DNA of 64,000 nt from Parasitella parasitica NRRL 2501 (taxonomy: Eukaryota > Fungi > Mucoromycota): NCBI GenBank assembly GCA_025201805.1, contig MU619283.1:148357-212356 (forward strand), read 5' to 3'. Shown here piece after piece: positions 1 through 14,283 of the stretch (position 1 is the first letter of the stretch; every line of letters starts with the position of its first letter). A program made the position numbers and the translations under genes. A model generated the notes under the pieces. It saw nothing but the letters and a program-made list of their open reading frames with translations, searched no databases and was not told where the DNA came from.

Positions 1-17
1 CCTCGTATCAAAGAGAA

Positions 18-607
18 GTGGGTGCTTACAACTATGCCGAGGCATCAAACTTTTCAAACGCTGATCCATCTAATCTATTACATGTTGATATAACTAGTTC
101 TGCGCTTGGCGATGGTCCAGAGACGTCTGTAAACTTTGTAACACCAAAGATGGAAGTCGCGCTTTGCATTGCTTCACTTCAATCTGAGGGATTGCGAAAG
201 GCGACTGTTAGAAATTACACACCCATAATGCTTAACTGGAAGGTGAGTAGCAACTCTAACAGCGGCTTTAAGTCAAAGGTCAGAGCCAGGTACGGTTGCT
301 ATGGCAATGGTTGCCATGACGACGGACGCAAAACAATGGTAACCTATTGTATTCCATGGATACAACAATGCCGTTCATGTGGAAGACTGGGCCACACTAG
401 AAGAAAACACGCAGATTGAGTGGCATGATAAAAATGCGAATCAGCCTACTTTTTCAAATCCTACTACCTTATACGTTACGTTCTTGTGGAATAGAAGTTC
501 GCTCCCGTATGTCAACTCTTAAATTTCGAATGTGCTATGCTATAATTGAGCCGTTAAACCCACTTTCTGAAGTAGCCGTGGACTTGAATAAAAACAACGA
601 TGCTTAG
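18..607 (+). mobile_element. Possible degenerate transposon relic (zinc knuckle plus Helitron-like N-terminal fragment)
   Basis: CRSCGRLGHTRRKHAD then TGA where the closing Cys (TGC) of a CxxC-x4-H-x7-C knuckle is expected. Downstream KFRMCYAIIEPLNP resembles the 'KFxMCC..LP..P' segment I associate with Helitron proteins. No intact ORF. Family call is inference. Confidence 0.3.
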
Positions 608-1737
608 AAAAAAAAATCAAAAGAGAAGATCAAACCACATGATTCTGCTTTGTTTTACTTCTAAACTGATTTGGATTCAATAGCAACTCATTCATTTATA
701 ATTTAATAGAGAGATTGATAGTAAAAGAAACAAACTGCAGTAATTATAATATCTACCAAAACAACCGTGAATGTTGTATTGTTTTTTATTACTTTATAGC
801 TGATAATGCGGACTAGCTATCACTAATTATAATCGCTACTTCATGCTTCAACAGTGGGCTTATTTGCTCCTTTGGATTATAATTAGTCTTGGTACTAGAG
901 TTAAGGGCATCTTGTTCTAAGCATGTTTCGCCGCATGTTAGAGGAAGGGCATTCTAAACAGATGCAGTATTTGGAGGTGGATTTAACATGTATTATGTGT
1001 AACACAACGTGATGGCTCAAGTTGCATCGTTACCCCATACTTCTTCATAGCACCTTCTTCTTTACAAAGATAAATAAATAAAGAATTATTAAAAGTTCAT
1101 TCCATCCGCCAATTATATTTTAAGTTACAAAAAAGGAAAAAACCACGTAGATAACTCGTATACAGGTAATCTGTAAGCCTTATTTATTACTTAGGGCCAA
1201 GTTCTGCTAGCGCTTATGGCTTCTTGAAATCTGCGCTGATTTTTAACATCTGCGATTAAATATTGTACAATACAACCATTAGCAAAACAATTAGAGGAGT
1301 GTTTGTCCCTTGTTCTGTTGTAATGGGCATATAAGGATGTACCATCATGAGTTTGGGTAATACAGTTAATGGAATTCACCCCAACCTAATTAAGTTTTCA
1401 GAATTGATGATCAAATGTCTGCAACACCATATTTCAATATCAAGCTACGAAAAGTTCGCACCTTCGTTTGTCAATCATCATTGTGATACTATAGCTTGTC
1501 TTCTACTGTATACAAGTGAGGATGGCGGATATTATGCATTGAGAATACCCCGATTTTTCAACGCAAATAGCAGCAGGATGATGTCTTTAAACAAAAACTT
1601 GTCAGAACAGGAAATCGAATGCTTATAATCAACAAAGCCGAGCCTGATGGTGGCGGCTGATAAACTTTTAAGAAACATGAAAATTATATAAATCTTTTCT
1701 TTTTTTTTTTTCATAAAGACCAAAATAAGAAGCGTAC

Positions 1738-3636
1738 ATGTCGAGCAAAGCTCATCCAAAGGCAATGACCATTGCTGGTAGTGACAGTGGAGGGTAATTT
1801 TTTTTTTTATTTTTTAATCAAAAATGAGAGTCAATTGCCATGTTGCTAATTTGTCTTTTTCAGTGGCGCTGGTATCCAAGCCGATATCAAGACACTCACT
1901 TCTCTGCATGTCTATGCTACTTCTGTCATCACGTCTGTCACCTCACAAAATACTCTGTGTGTCGATGGTATCCATGACATTCCTGCCCAATTCGTAGCCA
2001 AGCAAATCACTGCTGTGTTGAGCGACATTGGTTCAGACGCCATCAAGATTGGCATGCTCTCCTCTGCTGAGATTATCAAGTCTGTTGCAGATACCTTGAA
2101 AAGGTTTCCCGAGCAATCCCGTCATGTCGTTTTAGACCCTGTGATGATCTCTACGAGTGGTTCTCGTCTTTTGGCTGCCGATGCTATTAAAGCACTTGTA
2201 CAAGAATTACTGCCCATCACTTACGTTTTGACTCCCAACGTCCCCGAAGCAGAGATCCTACTGGATTTGGCTCCCGGGTCAATCAAGTCTGTTATGGACA
2301 TGTGTGATGCAGCTCAAAGACTAGCAAATTTTGGGCCCAAGTTTATCTTGCTGAAGGGCGGGCATTTGCCTATTAAAGTTAATGGAAAGGAGCAGGTGGT
2401 CGATATTGTGTACAACACGTCGAATGGAAGCTGGCATGAGATCGCCAATGATTATGTAGACACCAAGGATACTCATGGCACTGGTTGCACACTTTCAGCT
2501 GCTTTGGCTGGTGAACTCGCCAAAGGTGTCCCCGGTAAGATGAAAAATCTTGCAAAGACATCGATAATTTGACTAGATATTTTTTATCCTTTGCAGTTGA
2601 AAAAGCCTGTGAGAAAGCCATTCGTTATGTCAAAGTAGCTATCACCCAAACATTAGGTGGGATTGGCGCTGGCCATGGTCCCATTAACCACTTCCATCCC
2701 TTGAATTGGTCTCCGTATGAAGGGTATAAAATGCTATTATGAACCTCATGCCCAAGTTTCTTGGTTAAAAGCATTTTATATATTTAGAAGGCCTCTAGTA
2801 GAGGCTATTAAAGAAACCCTCCCAGAAGGTCTTTGGGACGATTTCATTGATCATCCCTTTGTCCGTGGCATTGCTGATGGCACACTTCCAATTGAATCCT
2901 TCACCTATTATCTTAAACAGGACTATCTTTATTTGCAGCACTACGCCCGAGCTGCGTCTCTTGCAGCTTATAAATGTAAGTGTGCTTTCTATGCTGGAGT
3001 GGGTTTGATGAGTAACCCTTAGTGCTGTAGCTGGTACAATGGAAGACATCGCAGCAAATGCTGCGATTGTCGTTCATATAGCAAAAGAATCGCAGCTCCA
3101 TTTGGATTATTGCAGCAGATGGGGAATCACCAAAGCGGATGTGCTGAGCTCGCCTGAAAGCGTATTCAATTCTGCTTACACTCGATTTGTTTTGGATAAA
3201 GGTGCATCGGGGGACTTGTTGGATTTGAAGGCTGCTATGGCACCTTGTTTGATTGGCTATGGTGAGATTGGCCTCAAGCTATTCAATGATCCTGAAACAA
3301 AAAAAGGTATGCATGGTGAACAGTGACTAGTTTATGCAAATGTAGTTGAGCCTAGTAACATAGAGGGCAACCCTTATTGGGATTGGATCTGTCAATACGC
3401 AGCCGATGATTATCAACTGGCCGTTATTACAGGCATTGGTAAGAGAAAATCAAAGAAAGAGATGAAATGCTGCCATTGCTAACACACCATACACTATAAC
3501 AATAGCCGAATTAGAAAAACTGGGTAAACATGGCATCTCATCATCTATTTCTCGCTTCAAAGAAGTATGCAAAATTTTTGAGCAAGCTACTCGTTTAGAA
3601 GTAATGTTTTGGGAAATGGGAGAGAAACTCTGTTAG
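1738..3636 (+). CDS. THI20: HMP/HMP-phosphate kinase (ThiD) fused to TenA thiaminase II, THI20-type, multi-exon
   Basis: ATG 1738 gives MSSKAHPKAMTIAGSDSGG|GAGIQADIKT (intron 1794-1863). Motifs VLDPVM, LTPNVPEA, THGTGCTLS. TenA part has HPFVRGIADGTL, YLKQDYLYL, MAPCLIGY (catalytic-type Cys), YWDWI, EVMFWEM. TAG 3634-3636. Confidence 0.93.
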
Positions 3637-4044
3637 ACGGTAACATTTTTAGTATAAAAATATCTGTATTCATTTTAATTATTGAATCAAGAAATTCCTA
3701 TCCGATATGATACGTAATTTGAAATACGCTATGCTTTCAAAATATGTGGTAATTTCTGCCAGTTTGTTCGATCCCGTATATACAGTCAGTTTCAAATGAA
3801 AAGCAGAAAAAAGGATTTAATTCTTTTCGGTTTTGACACGAGTCTAAAATCAACGCCACCTTTGTTGGTAAGAGTAGTTACATTTGTTGTAACGGCACCT
3901 GCCAAAGGAACAAAATCCAGCTTCTTGTCAACAACGAGGCCTTGCATTGCTGGATATTCTTTGTTTCCATATTAAAAATTTAATTATTTACATCGATTAC
4001 TTGGTAAAAGAAAAAAAAAACTACTATTGAGCATGAAAATGAGC

Positions 4045-7000
4045 CTATTGAGCACGGTCAGGATCTGCCATTCTATGGACAGTGATAAATGGCCCTGGTT
4101 CCATGTTGCTTGCATCTATCAAGCAGGGTTAATATAATCTATTCAAGCATGTAGGCAGTTTTTTTTATTTTTATTTTACCTTGAGGAGTGATTAGAATAT
4201 ATTGTGAAGTGTTATCACTGGCAGCATTCATCTATTGCATCATGTCAGTATTGCATAAAAAAAAAAAGCAACAAAAAATCGACGCTTACAATCATGCCCA
4301 TTGTTTGTTTACGATTCACTGCGTCCATGAATACATCAAATTCATCCAAACTATGATACAAGGAGGGTTAGATACACTGTTGATTCATATCATTTGATAT
4401 AGCACATATAAATATATATATATATATATACCAAATAAGAGGCGAGGAAATGCTCTGCCACAACGACAACAACAAACTAATTTGAGAAAATGACTTTTCG
4501 CCACCGGATAGCGAGCGAGAGTCTTTTTGACGAGACCCTTTACTGTACTGATCACCAGTAGATACACGGATTTCAAGCTTCTTTGCAGAATGGTTGAAAC
4601 GTAGAGAACCTTCGTCACCACGCAAATGAAGATAGTACCCGAAATAGCTCTTGGCTGCCAGTGAAATATAAGCTCTAAAGGCTTCCCATTTCTCAATACG
4701 AGCAGTGAGCATCTTGCCCATAGATTTTTGGATTTTCAGCAATCCACTGATGACTTTCTTGGCTTCCTCGTATTCTTTCAATGCTGTATATGTCTGTTCC
4801 TGAGCCTCGGTAAGGGACATGCCGGCTCTATTGGCGGATTCTTGTGCGACACCCTCATAGTGTCTGATATCTCGTTCAATCACCTCGGGCTTTCTGTTTG
4901 TCTCGTAGCGATCAGGGTAATCTTCCGCACTTTGCTCAAGCCAGCTTTTGAGCATATTGTTACTCTCGTTGTAGATGCCTCGACTTCTTTCATGGCGCAC
5001 CTTCATCGTTTGTGCTTGGACATTAAGGTTGCTCAATTTTTCTAGGTATCTAGTCTTGGTTTGCTCAATCTTTTCTATTTTGAACTTGTAGGTGTCGGAC
5101 ATGCTGAGTCGCTCAGTCTCTCTGCTCTGCAACGCCTCGATTTTTCTAGTGATCTCTGTCAAAGTTTTGTTGACTTCAATCATTTGAGCATTGATGACGT
5201 TGAACTGACTGATGTAACGTTTGGTTTTCTCGTCGCATTCGGCAATATCGTCATGGAAGATGTTCAAATCAACAGGATCCTCCTCCTTGAGTGTTTCCTT
5301 CTTCTGAGCAATACTGCTCTCCAAGACTGCAATTTCTCTCTTGATAGCATGTTCACCACGCTGACACTCTCTCCTTTGGTTCTCGAGTTCCCTGACCTTT
5401 TGGCATACAATCTTCCACTCGTCGTTTTTCTCGCCAAGTTGCACATTGGTTTCGTTGATAATGTTTCGCTCATAAGAGATGGCACCCTCCACGTCTTTTT
5501 GGAAGCGGGGAATGCCGCGGAACTTGTCAACTGACTCAGTTTTCATGCCTGATTTACCACCTACTTTGTAGCCCTGATCTGTAAAGCACAAATCAATGTT
5601 TTTGGGCTTTCTAAACATGATCTCATCTGCGCGTTCACGGTTCTTCATTAGCAACATCTTTTCAACCTTGTTCATGGTAATCAGCTGACGCTTGACCCAT
5701 TCATCGCTAAATTTCAAGGCACGCAGAGCGGTAATGTAGTGCGGATCAGGTTCACCGGAAGAGTAGTCAAAGATGTCGAAATCAGATACAAAAACAGAGA
5801 TATAATGCATTTGGTAGTGACGAAGGATCTTTACAAGCAAATCTCTATCTTTAAAAGTCTCGACTACAAAACCGTTCATGCTCTTGTTTAGCACTGACTC
5901 CAACACGTTGGCAAATTCAGGCTGAAGCAACTCAAGAGTAGATCCAAAGGGGCCAATAGGCCTTCGCTTTTCCCAGCGCGTTTCCTCACGGATCGCTTTC
6001 AAGACTTGAGGCATGCGAGCGCCATAGGCTCTCATTTTATCACCACGTTGATTCTCCAGCTCACGGATGTTTTTTTGAGCTTGTTCTTTGCGACGGTTGA
6101 GTTCAGCTATGTGGAACTCAAACGATCTCTTGCTCTCCTCACATTTCCCAATCTCGACTTGCAGCTCACTTTCTTCGCGAGCATAGTTTTTTGCTTTGGT
6201 AATTCTTTCAGCCATCTTTTCCTTGCATTTCTCGATTTCTTGCAGAATTTCGTTGCGCTTGAGACGGCTGGAAGCTTCGAGTTTGTCCGTTTCAATCTTC
6301 AGCTGCTTGGTATGTTCTAATCTTGATTCCTTTATAAGCTTGATTTTCCTGTTGATCTCGTTAAGGTCGCCCTATAATTATGACACGAAATATAGTAACA
6401 CCCAATTAGTCAGAAAAAGAGACGGTGACAACAACCTACCACGCCTTACTTTATAGGAGCTTTTCTGCAAGGTCTTTTCGGCCCTGTCTTGAATCAATTG
6501 AGCCTTTTCCTCTTGGTCAGGATTAGGCAAGGCCCTGAAAGCTTCCCATTCTTCGTTGGCAGACAGGATCTGTTGGTCTACTTCGTGGACCTTTGACTTC
6601 CAAACATCCTGGGCTTCTCGAATGTTATCCAGTTCCTTTTGGAGAGCTTGCGTTTGTGCGAGATTGCGCGCTACTTCCTTTTCCTTGATGATAATTTGAG
6701 ACCAGACTAGTTCATTGCTCAACTCATCAATTTTGCTTTCGACCTCTTTTGCAGCTTGCATGTCTTCGTACTTTCTCTGCGCCTCGGCAGCTTTGCTTTG
6801 CAAGATTTGCAGACCCTCCTTTTTTCTATCGAGATTTTGCTTGTTACTTTCTAGACCTTCGCGAATCGCTTCGTAGTCATTTTGCAGCTGAGTCAGTTGA
6901 GTGCCGTGCATAAAAAGCTTGTATTTGTCCTCAGAGGTGCTATCGCTCAAAAACTTTCTAGCCATGTCTTGCGTCAGCATGGTGAGAGGGTTGTTGACCA

Positions 7001-7917
7001 AGAGGTTCAAATGGTCGAGAATCGCAAGCAGGTCCTCCTTCTTTTGTGAAATGATGCGTCCTGCTTTGTTCTTCAATTTGTATGGAGAGCCACCTTCCTT
7101 GTTGATTCTGCGTTCAACAACGATGCGTTCGGGGTAGAGATCAGGCCTGTAAGCGTTGGGGCCGTTGTTGGTGAGATGAATGGTTACGATGGCAGCACTG
7201 GATTGACAGACAAAAATATTAGAAATCGAATCTGCCTGCACGGCAATTCACGCCTAACCTTGTTCCTTCTTTGATAAAGGAGCTCATTGACTTGCCACGG
7301 TTGGTCGCACTTGCGTTTGCGCCTAGTGCGACGGTAATTGCAGTCAAGATTGCACTCTTACCGCTGCCGTTATGACCGATAACAAAGTTGATTTTAGGGC
7401 CAAGATCAATCTGTAGAAACTTGTGGCACATGAAATTGACGACTTCAACACGAGAGATGGTTCCAGCTTCATTGATTGCCTAATAATTTCGACGTTGGGA
7501 CTATGTAGAGGGAAGCAGAGCAGGGAGGGAGGGAGGAAGGGGAAGGGTCTTACCATGTTATTATAGTCAATCTTGTCAAAGTTGAGGGTGCGTCTTGGGC
7601 GGCTCTGGATGATTGCCGTCTGATTTCCGTTTTCCTCTTCTTCATCCTCGTTGTCATTGTCGTCGTCAGACACTTCATCTTCCTGGTCGTCTGCTCCAGT
7701 GGTGATGTCATGGTCTGCTTCATCAGGGTCAACCATCTCAGAATCTTCCTCAGAGTCCTCTCCTTGAAAGCTGGTTGTTTTCTTGGCTCTTTTGTTGCTG
7801 CGAGAGGACTTTTTTGTGCGCTTCATTAGAGAACGGCAGAACCTATGTCTCTGTCAAACATACCTCAGGCTCCGGGCTATCACGTGCGCTGTTAGTTCTC
7901 TTGATAGTCGAAGGCAT
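4045..7917 (-). CDS. SMC6: Structural maintenance of chromosomes protein 6, multi-exon
   Basis: NFMCHK and Walker A GHNGSGKSAIL, long coiled coils, hinge PIGPFG, signature LSGGEKSFS, spliced Walker B ICLDEFDVFMDAVNRK, YILITPQ. First exon MPSTIKR... 7917-7864. TAG 4047-4045. Confidence 0.94.
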
Positions 7918-8304
7918 CGTATGCTCTTTACGAAAATGAATCAGACAAAAAGGGAAGGGAAAGGAAGGGAAGGGGTGAAACTTGTCCTCATTTTTTTTTT
8001 GCGTGTGTGTTTTTTTTTCTTTTTTTTTTGCAAGCGCGATGAGGCACGTCTAACTAAATGGCTTATGGAACAACCCGGTTTTTGTACGGTAGCACACTGT
8101 ATATAAAATCACGATGGTGGTATATGTATGTATTTATTTCATACCAAACATTTAATATTATTTAATAATAAATTTGTTACTATAAAAGAGATTGGGAGAG
8201 AGAGATTTAAAAAAAAAAAAGAGGCGGTGATTGATGAGGCAGTACACATGTAACAGTTGAAAACTTGGGGATTGTATAATAGTAATTAAGAATGTTTAAA
8301 AGAA

Positions 8305-8978
8305 TTAGAAGAATTGAGAGCCGACAGCAGCAACCAAACCAAAGGCAACCATGGCTTGGCCGACGATTTCCTTGTTGGCTGCTGAGGCGTGAGAAGCGCT
8401 GGCTTGGTGATTTGTGGTTGAGCCGCTAGCACCAGTTGTGGCGGGAGCTGCGGGTGTGGCAGCAGCGTTGTTGGCAGGAGGATTGGCAGGAGGCTGAGAA
8501 GCAGTGGTACCAGTGGAGGCAGTAGCGTTGCCGGAAGCAGGGAGGGTTCCACCAACACCACCTTCAATGGTGAAAGGACCAGCAAAGGCAAGATCGGGAG
8601 AGTTTCCGAGCTCAAAGGCATCTATACATCCAGGCAATTTATCAGTATACTGTTGATTGATCTCTAATGATAAATTAACTTACATTCACTGCCACTTTCA
8701 ATCTCGAAGGGGATCTTCCAGACGTACTTTCCATCGGCAGCATTGACGTTGGTAGCAATGGTCATCAAGGGCTGAAGAGCAGTAGAGGGACCCTTGGCCA
8801 AGACAATTTGAGGAATAGTGGCAACACTGGGGTTGATCCAAGAAATGATGGCTTCTCCACCAGCCTTATACTTTGTGTTGGTCAAAGGAGAAGTAATAGA
8901 GACAATTGGGCCTGCTGCAGAGACGAGAGAGGCAAGGTAAGCAGCAGAGATGAAAAGGGTGGCTCCGGTGAATTTCAT
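8305..8978 (-). CDS. Secreted, probably GPI-anchored Ser/Thr/Ala-rich cell-wall protein (Kre9/Knh1-like N-terminal domain)
   Basis: Signal peptide MKFTGATLFISAAYLASLVSA, then ITSP..Y.AG...ISW...G.YVWKIP...YAFELG...GPFTI, a low-complexity stalk and hydrophobic tail MVAFGLVAAVGSQFF. One intron ~8683-8622. Confidence 0.8.
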
Positions 8979-9913
8979 TTCAAGTGTGTGATATTAGTTT
9001 GGAAGAAAAAGTAGGTGGAAATTAAGCTGCTACAGTGAGATTACTTTGTGGAAAGAAAGAAGATCATGTCGAAATCCGTCGTATTTATATCGATTGCATT
9101 TTTTTTTTTTATTTATTTATTTATTTATTTTAAGGAGACGAACAACATAAGGGGATCTCGAGAAAGGAAGATGATAGAAAGGGAGAAGCCAACAGACTAG
9201 GAGTGTCTAAAGGGAGGATGTAAAATGGCATTTAGACTTAAAATCGATATAGGGGGGCTTACTTTATTATTTGGGCTGCTGGAGTTATTTTGTTTCTCAA
9301 CCTAACCCAGAAATTATAGTAGTCTAAAATCGTAACAAACATTACCAGATGATGAGTTTTGGCTCAATTTATCATGCCTGTAGAGATAAAGCAAAGTCAT
9401 TACATATTTACAGGCCAAATACGTCTCCTCACAAGCATCTCCTATTGTTTCTACAGAGTCATACACTTCCCCTGCTATTCATACAATCAAGACACACTCC
9501 GCTAAACTGACACATCCTGATCCTCCCTTCTATCAAATCTCTTGGAAAAAAATACCCCCTCCCTACAAGCAGACATAAAGAAATAGAACAGAGATGCCCA
9601 ATCTTTTTTATAAATGTGCATGTCTTGAGATACATGGGCCATGATCTCGACCAAAAATCCATTATTATCTTACAAGGATCCGTGCACTTGAGGATGTTGT
9701 AACGGCAAACAGCCAGAAACAAAAGAAAAATGAGGGACAATTTAATTATTCACAAGAATTTCGATATAATAATCTTTTGTGTTTATTGAAATTTGCTGTC
9801 AATAACGTTACTGCAAAGCAGATCTATTTTACTACTGTATGCTCTTTATTTTCTGTATGACTCTACACATTCTTTGAGGAATCCAATCCCTCTTTTTTTT
9901 TTTTTTTTTTTTT

Positions 9914-10303
9914 NNNNNNNNNNNNNNNNNNNNNNNNNNNNNNNNNNNNNNNNNNNNNNNNNNNNNNNNNNNNNNNNNNNNNNNNNNNNNNNNNNNNNNN
10001 NNNNNNNNNNNNNNNNNNNNNNNNNNNNNNNNNNNNNNNNNNNNNNNNNNNNNNNNNNNNNNNNNNNNNNNNNNNNNNNNNNNNNNNNNNNNNNNNNNNN
10101 NNNNNNNNNNNNNNNNNNNNNNNNNNNNNNNNNNNNNNNNNNNNNNNNNNNNNNNNNNNNNNNNNNNNNNNNNNNNNNNNNNNNNNNNNNNNNNNNNNNN
10201 NNNNNNNNNNNNNNNNNNNNNNNNNNNNNNNNNNNNNNNNNNNNNNNNNNNNNNNNNNNNNNNNNNNNNNNNNNNNNNNNNNNNNNNNNNNNNNNNNNNN
10301 NNN
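9914..10303. other. Assembly gap (N run). Further gaps at 14191-14236, 23784-23793, 25302-25396, 48732-48741
   Basis: Runs of N, each flanked on at least one side by a poly(A) or poly(T) tract. Confidence 0.99.
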
Positions 10304-12668
10304 AAAAAAAAAAATGAAAAAAAAAATGAACAATCAAAACATGAATGTATTTTGTTTATTAAATATTCCAATGATGATGATGTTGGATTCATCAGTTATT
10401 TATCATTTCTCAACATGTACCATACAAATACAGATCATCACTTTGTTGATATTACTCTGCTGCACATCTGGTCGGTAGTATGCATAAACCACCACGAGGA
10501 GCCCTGCCATTTGTCTGCATACAATACAGTAATATAATTCACAGAAATAGAGAGTTTGTGTGTATGTGTGTGTGTGTGTGTGGAAGAGAGGAGACTTGTA
10601 ATTTCGTTACTCTGCCATTCTGTAGATTTTGCAAGTAATCATCGCTCAAAATACATGCTTCCAGTATCTATTTTTGTACTTTGATCACGCCCAATATCGT
10701 CTCATTAAAACCATCGCTTAGGATGGACGTACTCTACTTGCTTTTCCCTCTCTTTCCAGAAAATCTCATAAGCATACGGCCACAATGAGATATTAAACCA
10801 CGTTTACAAGGTGTCTATTCAGTGAAATAGCGTCAAAGTCGCAAAAGCCAGGCCACGCTTAACATTGGCCTGGAAGCTGATGCCGATTTTTACGTGAAAC
10901 TCGGATACAAACCCACTTTACAAACTTTTTGACAAGTGGATCCAGATTTCAAACAGAACTTTTTTTTTTTCTTGTGCACTTTGAACGCATGTGGGCAAGA
11001 TAAATCTCGGTACCTTGATTTTTTTCCAGTCCTTGAATGGAATCAGATGAGTTCTATTCGGTCACATCTCTGTCCACTTTCTACCTCCCTGCTAGCCCCT
11101 TTATTCTCTTTGTAAGCTCTGAGGTATATTATGTTCTAATTACGATTGTCTCTGGTTCCACATCAATGCACCCCCTCCCTCCTTTTTTTTTTTTTTATAA
11201 TAATTCGAAAAGAACGTATTTGTTACATCACATGGTTAATGCATGGCAACTGTGAATGTAACTGTTGTTGGTGATGAGCTGAGCCATTGAGGCTTTAAGC
11301 ACCTATGGACCTGATCAAACCAGTTTCCTGCGTCAAGAAACAAACTCTTCTTTTTCTTGTCATCAACTAATGTCATGAAAAACTGAATTTAGCAGTTGCG
11401 ATTAGGGTTTAAAAAAAAAAGCGGTTTTAATTCAAACCTTAACTAAATTCTGATCGCATGAACATTGTTTTTCGATTATTTATGGACATGAAGTGACAAA
11501 AGCGGATTTTCCGACCCCATGCTGTTCTCTATATCGAGAAAGTACCTATATACCTGATATACCTCACATTACATTTGATCCATTGCTTGTGCTTATACAG
11601 TAGTGAAAATATTGGGAAAGCTGATGTGGCAACAAAGGCTCTGGACCCTGTTTGCCAATGCATATTCCATTATAGACCGAGAAACTCATCAGTCTTTTTG
11701 CGATCTTTTTTTTTTTTGGGACAAGAATTTTAAGATCTCGGAAATGAAATTAAGGCAGAAATCCAGAAAGACGTATACAGTCAGTTATTCAATTTAGCGT
11801 ATCCTTCTAAATTACGCATCCATCAATACATTGGGGGTCTTTTTTTTTTTTTTTTTTAATGGCTGGATGACCAGCTACCACAAGTGTCAAAAACGTAGAA
11901 TATCCATTGAGCCCGTAGCACTACTAGGTTATCAAGGTTTCTGGAGAAATGTTCTACGAGTGCCTCTGCTGTATCCCACTCCACCACAAGAAGGGAAAGT
12001 CGCATCAATTGACTTCATGGCACAGATTCTGTGAGTCGTTTTTTTATGGCTTTCTCTTCCGCAGGATACACACGCAATGACTATTTAAGACTGCAACCAA
12101 AAAGAATGTTATTCTACTGATTAAACTTTCAGCCAAACTCATTCAAGCTGTGATTTCTTTTGCTTTTCGAGCATCACAACACAGCACGAGTTTACAAACA
12201 TCTCCTAGTTTGAAAAAGCTCTATCCCAAAAAAAAAAAAACTCGTAAATTTGTTAAAAAGATAGAATGTTTAACGAGACATTATTAGTGTTCTTCTTATT
12301 CTACCTGAATTATTGGCATGCATCGCCAAACCACCTCCTAAATGTGGTGGTAGTTTCTAAAGAGAAGTTTAGCCGCCCAAACACCAAAACAGTGTAATAA
12401 GCATATTAAATAGGGGATATATATTACCAGATGTGTATTGCTGATTAAACAATTCTATTAAATTCCTATTTTCATTGTACAAGGCTCAAGGTTTTGTCGT
12501 TGAGGTTTTGAAGTATGTGCTTTGTTTGCATTTATCAAATTTATGCGCATGATATCTGAAAAGTCTGTTTCTTATTTTATTTTTTAGTTTGTATGTTTTG
12601 TATCTAGCACGTATTGTCATAAATAGTTGCAACTATGCGATAAAGGTGGGGGTTCACGATTTTACTAA

Positions 12669-14158
12669 TCACCAGTACTTGTACCAGCAAAAGAATATGC
12701 CGATAGCAACGAAAATGCGCATGCCATATTCCAAATTATCATATTTCCAACGAGTGGGCCTACCACCCGTGGTCAACTCCTCCAAGATATCCTCCAACTG
12801 GTCTGCAAATGCGTCTAATGAAAACTTGTTTTTGACATGCTGACGGCCTGCCTTGCCCATTTCAGTAGCGTCGAAAGTGTGGTTGATAAAATCGCAAAGA
12901 CCCCTGGCCCAAAGACCTGGCTCTGGAGCTAGAATCAGTCCAGTTTCCTTGTCTTTGACACTTTCAAGAGGACCCCCACTGTTGGCAGCAATGACGGGCA
13001 GAGAGGCGTACATGCCTTCTACAGGCGTGATGCCGAAATGCTCGTTCGATGGTGTATACAGCAAAAGCATGGATTGGTCTAGTAAATAGGTTCGTTGAGC
13101 ATCGTTGAACGAACACAGGAAAATAACTTGAGCGCTGCTAGGCGGCTTCTCAGTAGACGATGGGAAAATCGTAAATGTTTCTAGCCCAAATGTTTCGGTT
13201 GCTAGGGTGTCTAATTCGCCTAGATATTCTACGTTTTCGACCACACGCTTATCGTATCCACCAGCAATCACAAGACGGTAGCCAGAAAAGTCTTTTTGGG
13301 ATATCATGCCATCTTTGCATAAAAGCGCGAATGCTTTCAATGCTAATTCCACATTCTTTTTCTTTTCAAAACGGTTGATGGAGACAAACGTCTTTTTATG
13401 TCTGCAAGTGGAGGAGGAGGGGGGGGGGAGGGTTAGTAATGCAGCAAAATGGCTCTGGCAGTAGACTACTTTACGACTCGATGATCTGGACCCTCGGATC
13501 TGCTAAATCTACTTGTTTGTCATATGCAGCAAAGTTGATGGGCGGATAAAGGACACGAGGCTTCTTCAAAATGCCAGGAAACGACCTTCTAAACATACCG
13601 CCTGTAAACTGGCTGTTCACTGCAATTGTGTCTGCCATGCCAGTCGACCATTCTTCCAACTTGTCGATAGGCAGTCGGTATAGTTCCTTGAGTGTAGAGT
13701 TGCGTTTTGTCAGTAGCTTGTCCGGGAAATGGCAGTAGAATAGTATCTAGAGCAACACTGTTAGTACGCACCATCCTTACCTCCTTTTATTGCCATATTA
13801 TAGCTTACTCGAGAGCCCGAGAACCATTTAAGAATAGGCACACATGCGCTCAGTTGATCAATGACAATGATATCATAGGTGTCTCGCTCATTCTTCAGGA
13901 TCCACAGTACGAGCACTAGCTGACGAAGGATGGCGAAAACAATATAAAATCTGCCAAATAAATCTCTCGGTAATGAGTCGCCACGAACACGAACTTCAAG
14001 TGTGCCGTCTCTAGTTTCCTCAAAACAATGGTTTACGTCGTGATGGCTTGTATACATGGTGACTTTATGGCCTTTGCACTGAATGCCCACAGCGGCATCC
14101 ACTACGAGTCTCTCTGCTCCACCTGCCTCGCCTCGCTTAATAACAATGCCCAGTGTCT

Positions 14159-14190
<32 letters not shown>

Positions 14191-14283
14191 NNNNNNNNNN
14201 NNNNNNNNNNNNNNNNNNNNNNNNNNNNNNNNNNNNTCTGGATGAATAAACGCAATATCTAATTTTGCGTTTTCCAGAGACAT
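12669..14283 (-). CDS. ALG2: Alpha-1,3/1,6-mannosyltransferase, multi-exon. A few codons fall in the gap 14191-14236
   Basis: MSLENAKLDIAFIHP[gap]GGAERLVVDAA, TSHHD..HCFEETRDG, FYCHFPDKLL, SINRFERKKN, AGGYD.RV.ENVEY, LYTPSNEHFGITPVEGM, NSGGPLE. Confidence 0.93.

Noticed and set aside
1536-1660. TPP riboswitch upstream of the THI20-type gene (TGAGAATACCC seen at ~1540)
   Set aside because: The downstream core (GAACYTGAT...TAAT...GCG..GG) is absent and the site is not in an evident intron. A cmscan with the Rfam TPP model would settle it.
4385-7137. Antisense and alternate-frame ORFs over SMC6 (likewise over POL1, septin, RPS26 and others)
   Set aside because: Shadows of codon bias in real genes, with no recognisable motifs.
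9793-10392. Long ORFs spanning the N gap
   Set aside because: Artefacts of translating Ns and homopolymers.
11259-11326. C/D box snoRNA (GTGATGA...CTGA with a weak terminal stem), also faintly TPP-like
   Set aside because: Only ~33 nt between boxes, no convincing C'/D' with guide, and no rRNA complement that I could identify.
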